Assembly: GCA_045105515.1 (NCBI GenBank) | Contig: JBGCDR010000040.1 | Coordinates: 1 to 64,000, forward strand | Direction: 5' to 3' | Length of the DNA stretch: 64,000 nt | Source: Oligoflexales bacterium | GTDB taxonomy: Bacteria > Bdellovibrionota_B > Oligoflexia > Oligoflexales > Bog-1112 | Position numbers and translations under genes: made by a program | Shown here: piece after piece, positions 49,669-60,469 of the stretch | How the letters are laid out: every line of letters begins with the position of its first letter | Numbering within the stretch: the stretch's first letter is position 1 | Notes under the pieces: generated by a model | What the model was told of the DNA's origin: nothing | Database searches by the model: none | What the model saw: the letters and a program-made list of their open reading frames with translations, nothing else

Positions 49669-50066
49669 TTGGTCCCATAAGTTTTATCAAGCTCTTGGCC
49701 AAGCTTTCTATCTACATATTTTGCTAACTCTGTGATAAGGTATTCAAATTCTTCGTCAGCGTCATATACTATGCTATCAAAGTCAGAACTAGTAGGCTTC
49801 ATTTCAATTGAGGAGTGAAAACTGCGAAAATCATTGATTTGGTTTTCGATTTGACTTTTGAGTTCAGGCTTATTAATGAGTGCTTTCTCGTAGAGAAAGT
49901 CTATTATGGCAATCTGATTTTTACGCATTTTTTGCCTTGCCTTTGCAGCACGAGAATCTTCTTTACGACTATAAAAGTACATCGCCAGCCCGAAAGAGAT
50001 AACTAAAATGACTGATGTTACTAAATACAATTTTACTCTCTTTTTTTCACACACATGTATGATCAC
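49656..50066 (-). CDS. Hypothetical single-TM protein
   Basis: TM LYLVTSVILVISFGLAMYFY followed by a soluble helical domain. Start uncertain. Confidence 0.6.
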   Translation of the reverse strand: MIIHVCEKKRVKLYLVTSVILVISFGLAMYFYSRKEDSRAAKARQKMRKNQIAIIDFLYEKALINKPELKSQIENQINDFRSFHSSIEMKPTSSDFDSIVYDADEEFEYLITELAKYVDRKLGQELDKTYGTNYFS

Positions 50067-50654
50067 ATCTTATTTTATAGATCGCAAAGATATTTGTCCA
50101 TGATCGAATTAAAAAGTAAAATGGGAACATTGGTGAATATGCTGGGGGCCATATTGGGTCACATAAAAATTTTTCCTTTCTTATTAGCTATGAGCTCATA
50201 TCTGATATTTCCTACTCCCATGAATGCTAAGACTACTTTTGGAGTAGAGTGCACCGATGTAGTGGGTTTTAGCTTAAGCATGCCACTAAGCAGAAAATCT
50301 TTCACTGAGTTTAACCTCGGTTGGAAGAACTTGCACAAGAATAAAAGCCTGCTACATAGCGGATATTACTTGTTAAATGAACATCCTGATTTGATCAACA
50401 ATAAATCCGAAAAAATGGAAATATACTATGGGGGCGGCTACAAATTAGTTATAAAAGAGAAAAAACTAGAAAATCCCGAGGATAGTGAAAAAAAGGAGAT
50501 AAGCGAATCGTTTTATTTGCGAGCTCAAGCTGGTATTCGCTATCGCAATAAGCTATTTGAGCTTTTCTTCTCCATTCTGCCGGGCATTAAGCTTATTCCC
50601 GAACTTAGCTTGGATCTTTCTGTAACTCTTGGAATACGATACTATCTACCCTAG
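50055..50654 (+). CDS. Hypothetical small outer-membrane beta-barrel-like protein (true start probably downstream)
   Basis: Alternating beta strands (IYYGGGY, LRAQAGIRY) and C-terminal LGIRYYL. Confidence 0.6.
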   Translation: MYDHILFYRSQRYLSMIELKSKMGTLVNMLGAILGHIKIFPFLLAMSSYLIFPTPMNAKTTFGVECTDVVGFSLSMPLSRKSFTEFNLGWKNLHKNKSLLHSGYYLLNEHPDLINNKSEKMEIYYGGGYKLVIKEKKLENPEDSEKKEISESFYLRAQAGIRYRNKLFELFFSILPGIKLIPELSLDLSVTLGIRYYLP

Positions 50655-51031
50655 CGTTTAAATTTCCAAGTAATTTTATTCATATCGTAATTCCTTCTAG
50701 CAAATCCAAGCTTGCAAAATAGTTCAATTTGGTAATAACGAGGCGGAAAACGTGGCTCTGCTGCCTCACACCACAAGTTCCAAACTCTATTAGTATCACG
50801 CCACTTCACCTGCATTTGACAAACTAGGTTAAAAAAAAATCTCATTTTTTTGTGAAAACTTGGCCTTTCCCAAATTGTTACATAGCTCACTATGAGTATT
50901 ACTTGGACTTTCTAGTATTTTATACCTAAGCACTAGCATTTTTTCGCAGATAGTTTGCCAACGATAGGCAAAAAAACCAAGATGAAGCTGTACCATGAAT
51001 AAAATTCCAAAGAACCATATTTGAAAACAAT

Positions 51032-51286
51032 TCATGGTAAGTTCTCAAAAATACTAAACTCAATTTCATCATGATCTATTGAAAATCTATCCATAATCCC
51101 CTCTACTTTTTGCTTAAAAATATGACCAGCAAAACTAAGTAATGCGACTCCTACCACAGTTGCAAAAGTGCTTACTAGAACATACTCAAGTGCAACACTT
51201 CCAGTTTCACTTTTAGCCTCATTAAAATTTATTAAAAGTTTATTTTTTTCTAAACAGCATTGCTTCAAACACAATATTTTTTTCAT
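51032..51286 (-). CDS. Flp/Tad-type pilin-like protein
   Basis: Prepilin motif G|SVALEY with E+5 and Y+6, followed by a hydrophobic helix. Confidence 0.7.
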   Translation of the reverse strand: MKKILCLKQCCLEKNKLLINFNEAKSETGSVALEYVLVSTFATVVGVALLSFAGHIFKQKVEGIMDRFSIDHDEIEFSIFENLP

Positions 51287-51497
51287 AGATTCCCCAAGCT
51301 ATTTCCATATCATCTGGGTAAAATAGTCCTACAAGATATTTCTTGCCAGGGACATCTACTTTTAATGTTATTTTTATAAAGCTCTTTAATTTAATTACTT
51401 ATCTTTCAATTTATTTTTTTTAAAAAAAAGTTACCTGTCTTCATTTTGTATAATGTAACTTAGCAAAGCCTATCCCACCTCGTGCCGGAGAAACTCA

Positions 51498-52550
51498 ATG
51501 AGTAAAACAGATTCAAGCCAGCTGGAGCTTAGCCTTGAGGAGGCTGGCGAAATGGTCATGTCTCTTAAAAGTTATATCGAATCCTATATTTTTGGCCAAG
51601 ACAAGCTGGTGAAAGAAACTATCTGTACTTTCTTGTCCGGAGGGCACATTCTTTTAACTGGTGCCCCCGGTTTAGCGAAAACGACCTTAGTGAGAGTTTT
51701 TGCCCAGGGTCTAGGTCTCGAATTCGGTAGAGTTCAATTCACTCCAGACCTCTTACCATCGGACATCATTGGCTCAGAAATCTTGAATATAGATCCAAGC
51801 TCGAACAAACGTGTATTTGAGTTTATGCAGGGGCCAGCCTTTGTGAATCTATTGTTAGCCGATGAAATCAACAGAGCATCTCCGCGAACCCAGTCAGCAA
51901 TGCTTGAAGCCATGCAAGAACGGCAGGTGACCATAGGTGGCAAAATCCACCCACTACCAAAACCATTTATGGTATTTGCAACCCAGAACCCCTTTGAATC
52001 AGAAGGTACCTTCCCTTTGCCAGAAGCTCAGCTTGATCGATTCTTACTCCATTCTTTGGTTGAGTACCCAAATGAAGAATCAGAACTTAAGATCCTTGAG
52101 GAACACGCACGCAACCACTTGGTTGGGGAAACAGGGCTTGGTAAGGAAGAGAATTTTAAATTGAATCCAAGGGACATCGTGCCGCTAATAAATCGCAGTA
52201 AATCCTTGAACATACACAAAGACCTCCTCCAGCTGATCAATAACCTAATCCGCTCAAGCAGACCTGAAGATTTACTTTGTCCACCTGATTTAAAACCACT
52301 AATTTGGTACGGTGCGGGTCCTAGGGCTGGTATAAGCTTAATCTCAGCTAGTAGAAGCCTTGCACTTCTTGAACAAAAAGAACAAGTCCGTTGGCGTCAT
52401 ATAAAATCAATGGCAAAACCTGTCTTGCGACATCGGATTCGTCTCGCTTCTCAATCAATTGAACAAGAAGCCAATGAAGATGCCATCATTGAGAAACTTC
52501 TTGAAATAGTAGAGGAGAAAAATACTAATATATGTGAAGGACACAGCTAA
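51498..52550 (+). CDS. moxR: MoxR family AAA+ ATPase
   Basis: GAPGLAKT, RVQFTPDLLPSDI, LADEINRA, ATQNP..EGTFPLPEAQLDRF. Confidence 0.95.
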   Translation: MSKTDSSQLELSLEEAGEMVMSLKSYIESYIFGQDKLVKETICTFLSGGHILLTGAPGLAKTTLVRVFAQGLGLEFGRVQFTPDLLPSDIIGSEILNIDPSSNKRVFEFMQGPAFVNLLLADEINRASPRTQSAMLEAMQERQVTIGGKIHPLPKPFMVFATQNPFESEGTFPLPEAQLDRFLLHSLVEYPNEESELKILEEHARNHLVGETGLGKEENFKLNPRDIVPLINRSKSLNIHKDLLQLINNLIRSSRPEDLLCPPDLKPLIWYGAGPRAGISLISASRSLALLEQKEQVRWRHIKSMAKPVLRHRIRLASQSIEQEANEDAIIEKLLEIVEEKNTNICEGHS

Positions 52551-52552
52551 TC

Positions 52553-53470
52553 GTGCAATCAGGTCATCTCAGTCAAGCTCAACTTAGCAGCCTAAATCCG
52601 ATGGATATCCGGGAACTAAGGAGCCAGTTTATTAAAACCAGTATGCAGATGCATGGAAGCCAACTCATGGCTCTAAAACGGGCCAGCAAGTCTCCTGAGT
52701 ATAGTAGACCTTACATCAGTGGTGATCCTATCAATTTGATAGATTGGAAAGCCTTTGCTAGGACCGATTCCCTTATCGTCAGAGAAAAAAGAGACGAAGC
52801 GTCATCGAAGGTAGGCATTATTTGGGAATTAAGTCCCAGTATGAACTGGCCAAACGATGAGTATTTAGCCAATAAAAATGAATGCCCAAGTAAATTTGAA
52901 ATAGCCACCCGAATAGCCCTACATGTAAGCCATTTACACCTAAGACTTGGAGACCAAGCAATATTATGGCTTTATCATCCAAACCAAACAGACAAAAACA
53001 TGAGCTTTTCTCCAAGACAGGCTTCGGATCTCCTCAGTTTGTTCAATACACTTTTAAAACACAAGTTTAATCCACAAATATCGCTTCCATTTTTTACTAA
53101 AAAACCATTCCATCTGCCCAAAATGGACCGCTTATACTGGATTAGTGATGGACTAAACGAATTTAAACCAAAAAAGACATTCAAAAATGCCAAGCGTATC
53201 TGTTTTATGCATCTGTTGAGCTCACTAGAAGAAAACTTAGATTGGCTAAAAGATGACTGTTGTTATTTTGATCATACCAAAGAAAAAAATGAATTTTTAG
53301 GTAAAAACTTAAAAAAGGGCACATCATTTTACCAACAATTAAATAATTGGAAAAAACAATTAAAAGAACTCATCAATAGCGTTAACGGTCAATATATACC
53401 ATTAACTGAAAAAACAGCATTAGCAACCTATTACCAGTTTATCGACTCATTGTTTGAAGATAAAAAATAA
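52553..53470 (+). CDS. DUF58-family protein (MoxR partner)
   Basis: RPY..GD....IDWKAFAR, SPSM and ISDG motifs. Confidence 0.85.
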   Translation: MQSGHLSQAQLSSLNPMDIRELRSQFIKTSMQMHGSQLMALKRASKSPEYSRPYISGDPINLIDWKAFARTDSLIVREKRDEASSKVGIIWELSPSMNWPNDEYLANKNECPSKFEIATRIALHVSHLHLRLGDQAILWLYHPNQTDKNMSFSPRQASDLLSLFNTLLKHKFNPQISLPFFTKKPFHLPKMDRLYWISDGLNEFKPKKTFKNAKRICFMHLLSSLEENLDWLKDDCCYFDHTKEKNEFLGKNLKKGTSFYQQLNNWKKQLKELINSVNGQYIPLTEKTALATYYQFIDSLFEDKK

Positions 53471-53482
53471 TTAGGTGGATAT

Positions 53483-56083
53483 GTGATCCAAACTTTTTTT
53501 AACTTTGAATTTTCAGCACCAGGTACTTTAGGATTTTTATTGGCTTTGTTGGCTTGTTTTCTCTGGTGGCTGATTCGAATCAGACAACAAAGGATGGAAT
53601 TTCCTATACTGAGGATCCTAAAACCACGACCATCATACAAACCAAAATTGTCTTTATTCAAACCTCCACTCATACCTTTTTTAAGCTTTATTATCATCGC
53701 TGCATCGATCATAACTTTTTTATTAAAACCAAAAATTATCAGTATTGAGCCCATCGATGCTACAGGCTCGAAAATTCACCTTTTCATAGATATGAGTCCC
53801 TCTGTATCGGAAAAAATCTCTCTGGAAGAATACATCCAGGAGATATCTCGGATTTGGCTTCAGCTTATTCAAACCAAGCATATATCGCTGTCAACCAGTC
53901 ATTCCAATAAAATTTGGAATGCGGCAGACCAGCAAAGTCTAGAAAGAAAACTATATAGCTTGAATTTTCATCGCGCTGGCGCAAATTTAGGTTCCATCAT
54001 TTCCAAACAATGGAAAAAAATTCATGGAGTAGATCGATTTATCGTAATTTCTGATAAAGACGCTCATAGCTGGAAAAATTTCAATTGGAGCTACCTACAA
54101 AAAGATACCGATCTGTGGTTTCATCCCATTAATAGGCCTTATTCAGAAAAAATTAACCTCTATTTTACAAGGGCTAAACACCTTTCTCCTCCAGCTTCTC
54201 CAGTGATGGATTGGGATATCAGCATTGCACGAACAGGTACTAGCGAGGAAGCTAGTGGAGTCTTAGAAGTCAGCCTATCTGATCAAATATTAGCTTCAAT
54301 ACCATGGGCTATGAACAGTGAGCAAAAAGAACTAACCCTAAGGGTTAGTTGGCCGAGTGCATCCACACCTAATTTCGAAGGTAACCCTCCCCCCCTAGTT
54401 TGGAAGATAAAACCCAATGAATCAGATTCGATGTTAATAGACAATGAATTCAGAACCTCTCTCAAAGGAATGGAACAAAGCATCATTCTAGTTGCAGAAT
54501 CAGGAGGAGAGCAAAGCCTTGAGAGCCCAACTCACGCCCTTCAAGCCTCATTAAAAATTCTTGGAATCATCCCCGAGCGCTTCGAATGGATTGCAAGCAA
54601 TAAGCAAGAAGCAGAATCTTACCCTTTGTGGATACTCTTTATTGGTGAAAATGAAGATATATCACCATATTGCCCAAAGTCACTTATGAACCATCGGCTC
54701 GAGCCCAAAGTATCCTCAAAATCAATTGGCACCTGGCTCATACCATATATTTCAAATAAAAAAAGCTTTCAAAACATTTGTTGGTGCTACCATAAGCTCC
54801 AAGTAGCTCCGTATTCAGGAAGTCCTATGCCTACTTTTTGCAAGGAGGTATACGATCGCAAGAGCTTAGCAGTAGTACTCAAATCCATCGGCGCAAAGCA
54901 ATTGGGAGGACAAGTTGGAAGTGAGTTTAGTGCGTTGGCTTGGATTGGGAGTGATGAAAAATCCCATCTTTCAACTCTAGCATTTACAATTCCCATCAGG
55001 CCAAGTAGGACTTTTGGTATCACTCATAGCCAACTTCCCATTATCGTCAAAGGACTGTTGGCCCAATCTGGTTTTTTTGCGGATGGTAGTGAACACTTAA
55101 GGGAAGTTTGGCCCCGGATCAATGACAATACCAAGAATAGAGTTTGGTTAGATAGCACTTCTGAGCAAAGCGAAGTTTTAAAATTTAAACTTTCCAATAT
55201 ACCTGCTGGGGAAAGCTTATCAAAAGAAATCGGCAACAAATACCTACCCCCACATTGGGAAAACTCCCGAGAGTTAAGTAAATCTATCCCTAACCAAAAA
55301 AAGATTCAAGAAAACCCTCTCCCTTGGATTTTTTCTCTTTTGGGCTTAATCATTTTTGCAAGTATTGCCGAATTAGCTTGGCATATTTTAAAACGTCGCA
55401 GTTTGAGTACATCTTCATTGATTCTTATAAGCGCTCTACTTCTTCAAGAACAATCAACCCATGCACAGATCAATCTAGCAATTATTGCAAGCGACAATTC
55501 AAGGGGTGTTTCGGGACTAGAGCTTGAAGTATCTAGTCGCACCAGCCTAAAAATATCTAAAGATCTGGTACAATTTTCTAGCTTCGATGAGAAGCTGCTT
55601 GAAGAACCCTGGCTCTGGGCTGGATCGATAAATTCGGTTAAAAACCTATCAGGAAATCTAGATGAGAAAATTGGTCAATGGGTCCGCAGGGGTGGCATCT
55701 TGATTATCCAGAATAGTAGTACGACCGAGGAGCTGGAAAAACTCACCGAAAAAGGGTTTGGCTACCAAAAGATTCCAGCACTTTGGCGCCCTATTCCCCC
55801 TGATCATGAATTAATGCGAAGTTTTTATCTACTTGATGCTCTTCCCACCTGCAATGGAAATTTATGGCACGGCTTCATGTTTGATAACCGTTTAGCAATC
55901 CTTGCAATCCCTTATAAATTTCTTCCTTCTCTACTTGACTCAAGGTCTAAAACCAAGTGTTCAGAACCTCCAACCAGAGAACGAAATTTACGCATTTTTA
56001 TCAATACGCTTATGGTAGCTTTGACGACTGATTACAAAAAAGATCAGATTCATATGAGAGAAATATTAAAACGCCTTCAATAA
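53483..56083 (+). CDS. BatA-like N-terminal TM / vWA-like / DUF4159-like multidomain protein
   Basis: N-terminal double TM with FP.L..L, DMSPS and ISD MIDAS-like motifs, C-terminal PPDHELMRSFYL...YKKDQIH. Confidence 0.75.
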   Translation: MIQTFFNFEFSAPGTLGFLLALLACFLWWLIRIRQQRMEFPILRILKPRPSYKPKLSLFKPPLIPFLSFIIIAASIITFLLKPKIISIEPIDATGSKIHLFIDMSPSVSEKISLEEYIQEISRIWLQLIQTKHISLSTSHSNKIWNAADQQSLERKLYSLNFHRAGANLGSIISKQWKKIHGVDRFIVISDKDAHSWKNFNWSYLQKDTDLWFHPINRPYSEKINLYFTRAKHLSPPASPVMDWDISIARTGTSEEASGVLEVSLSDQILASIPWAMNSEQKELTLRVSWPSASTPNFEGNPPPLVWKIKPNESDSMLIDNEFRTSLKGMEQSIILVAESGGEQSLESPTHALQASLKILGIIPERFEWIASNKQEAESYPLWILFIGENEDISPYCPKSLMNHRLEPKVSSKSIGTWLIPYISNKKSFQNICWCYHKLQVAPYSGSPMPTFCKEVYDRKSLAVVLKSIGAKQLGGQVGSEFSALAWIGSDEKSHLSTLAFTIPIRPSRTFGITHSQLPIIVKGLLAQSGFFADGSEHLREVWPRINDNTKNRVWLDSTSEQSEVLKFKLSNIPAGESLSKEIGNKYLPPHWENSRELSKSIPNQKKIQENPLPWIFSLLGLIIFASIAELAWHILKRRSLSTSSLILISALLLQEQSTHAQINLAIIASDNSRGVSGLELEVSSRTSLKISKDLVQFSSFDEKLLEEPWLWAGSINSVKNLSGNLDEKIGQWVRRGGILIIQNSSTTEELEKLTEKGFGYQKIPALWRPIPPDHELMRSFYLLDALPTCNGNLWHGFMFDNRLAILAIPYKFLPSLLDSRSKTKCSEPPTRERNLRIFINTLMVALTTDYKKDQIHMREILKRLQ

Positions 56084-56093
56084 GGGAATCAAT

Positions 56094-58403
56094 ATGCCCT
56101 ACACGTTCTTTGCCTCTCTTTCACTTATTTCATTCATATGCCTGCTCTTAGCACTTTTGTGGTCTAAGCAGCTTGGCATCATCCGCGCATGCCTCTCAGC
56201 TTCTTGTAGGTTTGCCTGGATATTCCCCATATTATTTGCACTGTTTCCCAAGACTACGACTGAAGAACTTCCGAGAAGTTTAAGCTCCCAACAGATTCAT
56301 GTCCTTCTCGATGATTCCGACAGTATGCAAAAATGGTCTGGCTTACAATCCCCTTTTTCGAATGCCATGGAGAATATTAAAAATGTCAAACAAGAGTGCT
56401 TAAGATTAGGGTGTGAAGTCAAAATCTACAAACTGTCTGAATTGAATCCTATGACACTCGAAGGGTATACTCCCTTGAGCTCAAGCATAAATCAGTGGCT
56501 AAGTCAGACTAACGAAGATCCTTGGATTTTACTTTCAGATGGTGGAGACTTTCAGCCAAGCATCCCTTGGAATCAAAACGTAAAAGATCTTGGTCTTTCA
56601 AGCGATAATCCACAGAAAAAGCGTGGAGTAATCTTAAGTTTTTCGAATCAAAATAAAGCAAATATTTGGATCGATACGGTCGATTTACCTCCTTTTGCCT
56701 TCGAAAGCAAGCCAGTATTCAGTGAAATTATCTTACGAAGAACGGAAAGCACAAGCAATGCAGAACGGCTCCAAGTACAAGTAATTTTGAACGATCAGAT
56801 CCTAGCAAGTGATAACGCTACTTTCGCAAATGGACTATCCGAAGCACGGGTTAGCTTGCCTATCCCTTCACTTCCAAGAGGGAAGCATCTCATAAGTTTC
56901 AAAATCTTGCCCAGCGCAAAGGAAGAGATTTTTTGGGACAATGAGGCACATACTCATATTGAGGTTATGCCAAATACAGTCGGAGTACTACATTTACTAG
57001 GAAGCCCTAGCTGGGATGGAAGGTTCTTGAGACGTTTTCTAAAATCCGAACCTAAATATGATCTAATTAGCTTCTATATCCTCAGAGACCCCTGGGATAC
57101 GCAAGGTTCCAACGAAAGAGAGCTTAGTTTGATTCCTTTTCCTGTAAACCGGTTATTTAACGAGGAATTACCAAACTTTCGAGTTATCATTCTCCAAAAT
57201 TTTACTCTTCTACAATTTCTGTTGCCTCAGTACCAAAAAAATCTCGTCAAGTTTGTAAAAGATGGTGGGGGATTACTTTTCTTAGGAGGTCACAGAGCAT
57301 TGCTTGACGCTGACATGAGAAACTCTCCACTCAAAGAAATATTACCTTTTACTCTTTCAACAAAAACCAAAGGAAAAAATAGATTTTTTTCTCCTGTTTT
57401 AAATGATATGAGCCCAGATAGAGTCGATAAAAATGGCCCTTGGTATGACTCAAAACTCGCATTCAACATCTCCTTAGCAAAACCTGACTGGGAAAAACGT
57501 GCGCTGGCTAATGTATACGATGATTGGGAGGCTCTCAAAAGCCCCATAACAAAGTTAAAGGGAATGCATGGCCTACATCACATGGAAAACGTAAAGTTCA
57601 AAGAAAACGCATATACACCTCTTCTTTATGCTGAAAGTGCTGATGGAGTTCGAAGGCCATTAGCAATAGCCTCATATCCTGGCAAAGGCCGAGCTATATG
57701 GATTTTTTCTGATTCAATGTGGAAGCTGGCACTCAAACCAAGCCATGACATCTCCCGTGAGATTTACAACGACTTTTTACAATCAGCAATGACTTGGCTT
57801 CTACGCCAAGACCTGAAAAAACCACTGATGATCAATCATTTCAAGCTCAGCCGAACAAAGGACCAACTAGTACGTTGGAATGCGATATTAGAGGGGCCAG
57901 TGGTAAGTTACTTCGACTCGGCATCAAATTGGAGTTTAAATATTTGTGGAAGACAAATGCCTTTTACCCGGATTGATTCTGAACGCTTAGGCAACCAACA
58001 CATCAAGATATCTGGTACATTAGACCTCATTATGAGTGGGGGTGAGAGATGCCCATTTTCGATCCAAGGAATCCATCCTGCATTTGGTTCAGTCCGGGCA
58101 TCTACTGCAGCTGTATTCCCTTCGGTTTTCAAAGACCATGAAATTGTATCCGCTCCCAACAAACTGGAACAGCTTGCATCTTTAACCCAAGCTGAGTTTA
58201 TCGATAATCGTAAACAACCCACTCAAGCTATTTACAAGTGGCTCGACCAAATCAATTCCCAGGAAGGTATTTCGTTGCCTCAACGATTTCGCTCTAAATT
58301 GGACTACTACTGGTTTATAGACACTTATTGGATATTTTTATTCATAGTTTTTTTACCTCTTGAGATCTTAATCAGGCGTTGGCATCACCTTGTTTCTTCC
58401 TGA
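56094..58403 (+). CDS. Membrane protein with vWA-like and glutamine-amidotransferase-like domains (MoxR cluster)
   Basis: LDDSDSM, LSDGGD, RELSLIPFP..LF.E.L, GGGLLFLGG and C-terminal LEILIRRW. Confidence 0.75.
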   Translation: MPYTFFASLSLISFICLLLALLWSKQLGIIRACLSASCRFAWIFPILFALFPKTTTEELPRSLSSQQIHVLLDDSDSMQKWSGLQSPFSNAMENIKNVKQECLRLGCEVKIYKLSELNPMTLEGYTPLSSSINQWLSQTNEDPWILLSDGGDFQPSIPWNQNVKDLGLSSDNPQKKRGVILSFSNQNKANIWIDTVDLPPFAFESKPVFSEIILRRTESTSNAERLQVQVILNDQILASDNATFANGLSEARVSLPIPSLPRGKHLISFKILPSAKEEIFWDNEAHTHIEVMPNTVGVLHLLGSPSWDGRFLRRFLKSEPKYDLISFYILRDPWDTQGSNERELSLIPFPVNRLFNEELPNFRVIILQNFTLLQFLLPQYQKNLVKFVKDGGGLLFLGGHRALLDADMRNSPLKEILPFTLSTKTKGKNRFFSPVLNDMSPDRVDKNGPWYDSKLAFNISLAKPDWEKRALANVYDDWEALKSPITKLKGMHGLHHMENVKFKENAYTPLLYAESADGVRRPLAIASYPGKGRAIWIFSDSMWKLALKPSHDISREIYNDFLQSAMTWLLRQDLKKPLMINHFKLSRTKDQLVRWNAILEGPVVSYFDSASNWSLNICGRQMPFTRIDSERLGNQHIKISGTLDLIMSGGERCPFSIQGIHPAFGSVRASTAAVFPSVFKDHEIVSAPNKLEQLASLTQAEFIDNRKQPTQAIYKWLDQINSQEGISLPQRFRSKLDYYWFIDTYWIFLFIVFLPLEILIRRWHHLVSS

Positions 58404-58668
58404 CTAAGGGTATGGCTGATCGATTAAGAATGCCTTCCAAATAAGCAGCTTATTTATCGATGTGAAGATCGAATAAATTAAACCACTTTGAGAAATAAAC
58501 TCTTCTAAGATGGGAGCTTCAGAGACTCCTCAAAAAAAACTGCAGAATAATTCCTAGCTATTTTCTTCAATTATTCCTCAATTTCCTTTGCGTACAACAG
58601 ATTTACCTCTTAAGCTGCTATAAAGCCTAACAAAGTCACTTAAATTGTTAGCTTCGCAAAGGATAGTT

Positions 58669-59910
58669 ATGGATCTTAACAATACTAAAAAATCAAAATC
58701 GAAGTTGAGAAGACGCTCACTATTAAAACACTCATTGTTGCTGTCTTCAGGCATCATATCCCAGAAAATTTTTGCCAAACAAAACCTTGTGGCGTCAGAC
58801 CGAATCATAGGAAAACCCTCAGAAGATCAAGCTTATGGGAAAGTTGCAGATTCTAGCCTGTTTAGAAGTCTTTTACCTGGTGATAATTTTAATGCAAGAT
58901 CAGTTAGTCCACTTTCCCAACTAATAGGTGCAATAACACCTTCAGGACTTCATTTTGAACGGCATCATTCTGGTATACCTCAGATCGAGGCAAAAGAACA
59001 TAAGCTACTTATCCAGGGCAAAAGTGGACAAAATAAACTCCTAAACATGAACGAAATAAGACGTTACCCACAAAGAACCATACCAGCTTTTATTGAATGC
59101 TCTGGTAATAGCAGTGATAATTGGAAAAACCAAGCTCAAGAGGAAACAGTGGATGTACTTCATGGTATGACATCGCAATCATTTTGGACAGGCGTTCCCA
59201 TGTCATACCTCTTGGAGGCAATCAATGCTCCTAGAGAACAGGCTTGGATTATTGCTGAAGGAAAAGATGCCGCATCCCTAGCGAGGAGCATTCCAATCGA
59301 GAAGTGCTGGAAAGATGGCTTGATAGCCTATGGTCAAAATGGTGAGCCTACTCGCGCAGAACAAGGTTACCCTTTACGTTTGATTCTACCGGGATGGGAG
59401 GGCAATTGCCAAATAAAGTGGTTATCTCGTCTTGAGCTAAGTGACAGGCCCGCCTATAGCTATCAGGAAACCGCAAAATATAGTGATCTTTATAAGGACG
59501 GTAAGGCTCGTTTATTCACTTTTGCAATGGGAACAAAATCTGTCATTACTTTCCCTTCAGGAAAAATGCAACTACCAGATAAAGGATTCTATGAAATCCA
59601 AGGACTAGCCTGGTCAGGCCTGGGTTCCATAAAATATGTGGAAATTTCGACTGATGCTGGCTTAACTTGGTTGAAAGCAAGCTTAGAAGGGCCTGTGCTT
59701 CCCCATTCTCACACTCGCTTCTTTTTTCCATGGCAATGGGATGGCAAAGAAACCACGATTTTAAGTCGAGCTGTAGACTCAAGCGGGTCTAGGCAACCTA
59801 GCCGAAATGAGTTAATAAGCAAGCTAGGGGATAAGCCTTATTATCACTGCAACTGCACCCAAGCATGGAAAATTAAAACTTCTGGAGACGTGGAGAACAC
59901 CTATGTATAA
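58669..59910 (+). CDS. soxC: Sulfite oxidase-family molybdoenzyme SoxC/SorA-like, Tat-exported
   Basis: Tat motif RRSLLK, ITPSGLHFERHH, Mo-ligand Cys in FIECSGN, GYPLRL..PGWEG...KWL, GLAWSG. Confidence 0.88.
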   Translation: MDLNNTKKSKSKLRRRSLLKHSLLLSSGIISQKIFAKQNLVASDRIIGKPSEDQAYGKVADSSLFRSLLPGDNFNARSVSPLSQLIGAITPSGLHFERHHSGIPQIEAKEHKLLIQGKSGQNKLLNMNEIRRYPQRTIPAFIECSGNSSDNWKNQAQEETVDVLHGMTSQSFWTGVPMSYLLEAINAPREQAWIIAEGKDAASLARSIPIEKCWKDGLIAYGQNGEPTRAEQGYPLRLILPGWEGNCQIKWLSRLELSDRPAYSYQETAKYSDLYKDGKARLFTFAMGTKSVITFPSGKMQLPDKGFYEIQGLAWSGLGSIKYVEISTDAGLTWLKASLEGPVLPHSHTRFFFPWQWDGKETTILSRAVDSSGSRQPSRNELISKLGDKPYYHCNCTQAWKIKTSGDVENTYV

Positions 59911-60457
59911 AGCTGTATTGGCTATGTTGTTCATTACGAATAAGTTACTAGCCGTAACACAAGCCTATACTGGACCTATTGAATTTGGTAGACCTGCAAC
60001 CCTTGAAGAGCTCAGCACCTATCCTCGCACACATTTTCCGGATGGCGAGAATCTACCGGCAGGCCAAGGCAACTATGCCGAAGGCAAGCAACTCTACCAA
60101 ATTCACTGCGTATCTTGCCATGGCCCACAAATGAAGGGAAAAGCCGCATTTAATGCTCCCAGGCTCATTGGAGGGAGGGGAAGTTTAAAAGGCGGGGACA
60201 AACCCATAAAAACTGTAGAAAGCTTTTGGCCTCATGCAGTTAGCCTTTATGACTATATAAGCCGGGCAATGCCTTTCCTAACTCCCAAAATATTAACTGC
60301 TAACGAAGTTTACGCGTTATGTGCCTATATCCTAGCCGAAGCACATATTATTCCAAAGACGACACTAATGGATGAAACCAGCTTGCCTAAGGTTGCAATG
60401 CCTAACAAAGATGGTTTTATAGATCCCTATACTAAGCAAAGAAAGACTTCCATCTAA
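59903..60457 (+). CDS. soxD: Monoheme cytochrome c, SoxD/SorB-like
   Basis: CVSCH heme motif, KTVESFWP and YISRAMP. Overlaps the soxC stop. Confidence 0.85.
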   Translation: MYKAVLAMLFITNKLLAVTQAYTGPIEFGRPATLEELSTYPRTHFPDGENLPAGQGNYAEGKQLYQIHCVSCHGPQMKGKAAFNAPRLIGGRGSLKGGDKPIKTVESFWPHAVSLYDYISRAMPFLTPKILTANEVYALCAYILAEAHIIPKTTLMDETSLPKVAMPNKDGFIDPYTKQRKTSI

Positions 60458-60469
60458 GCTTTCCTTAAT

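Noticed and set aside
51498..58403. MoxR-DUF58-BatA/vWA cluster as a novel system
   Set aside because: This is a widespread, already described MoxR operon architecture, so it is listed as features only.
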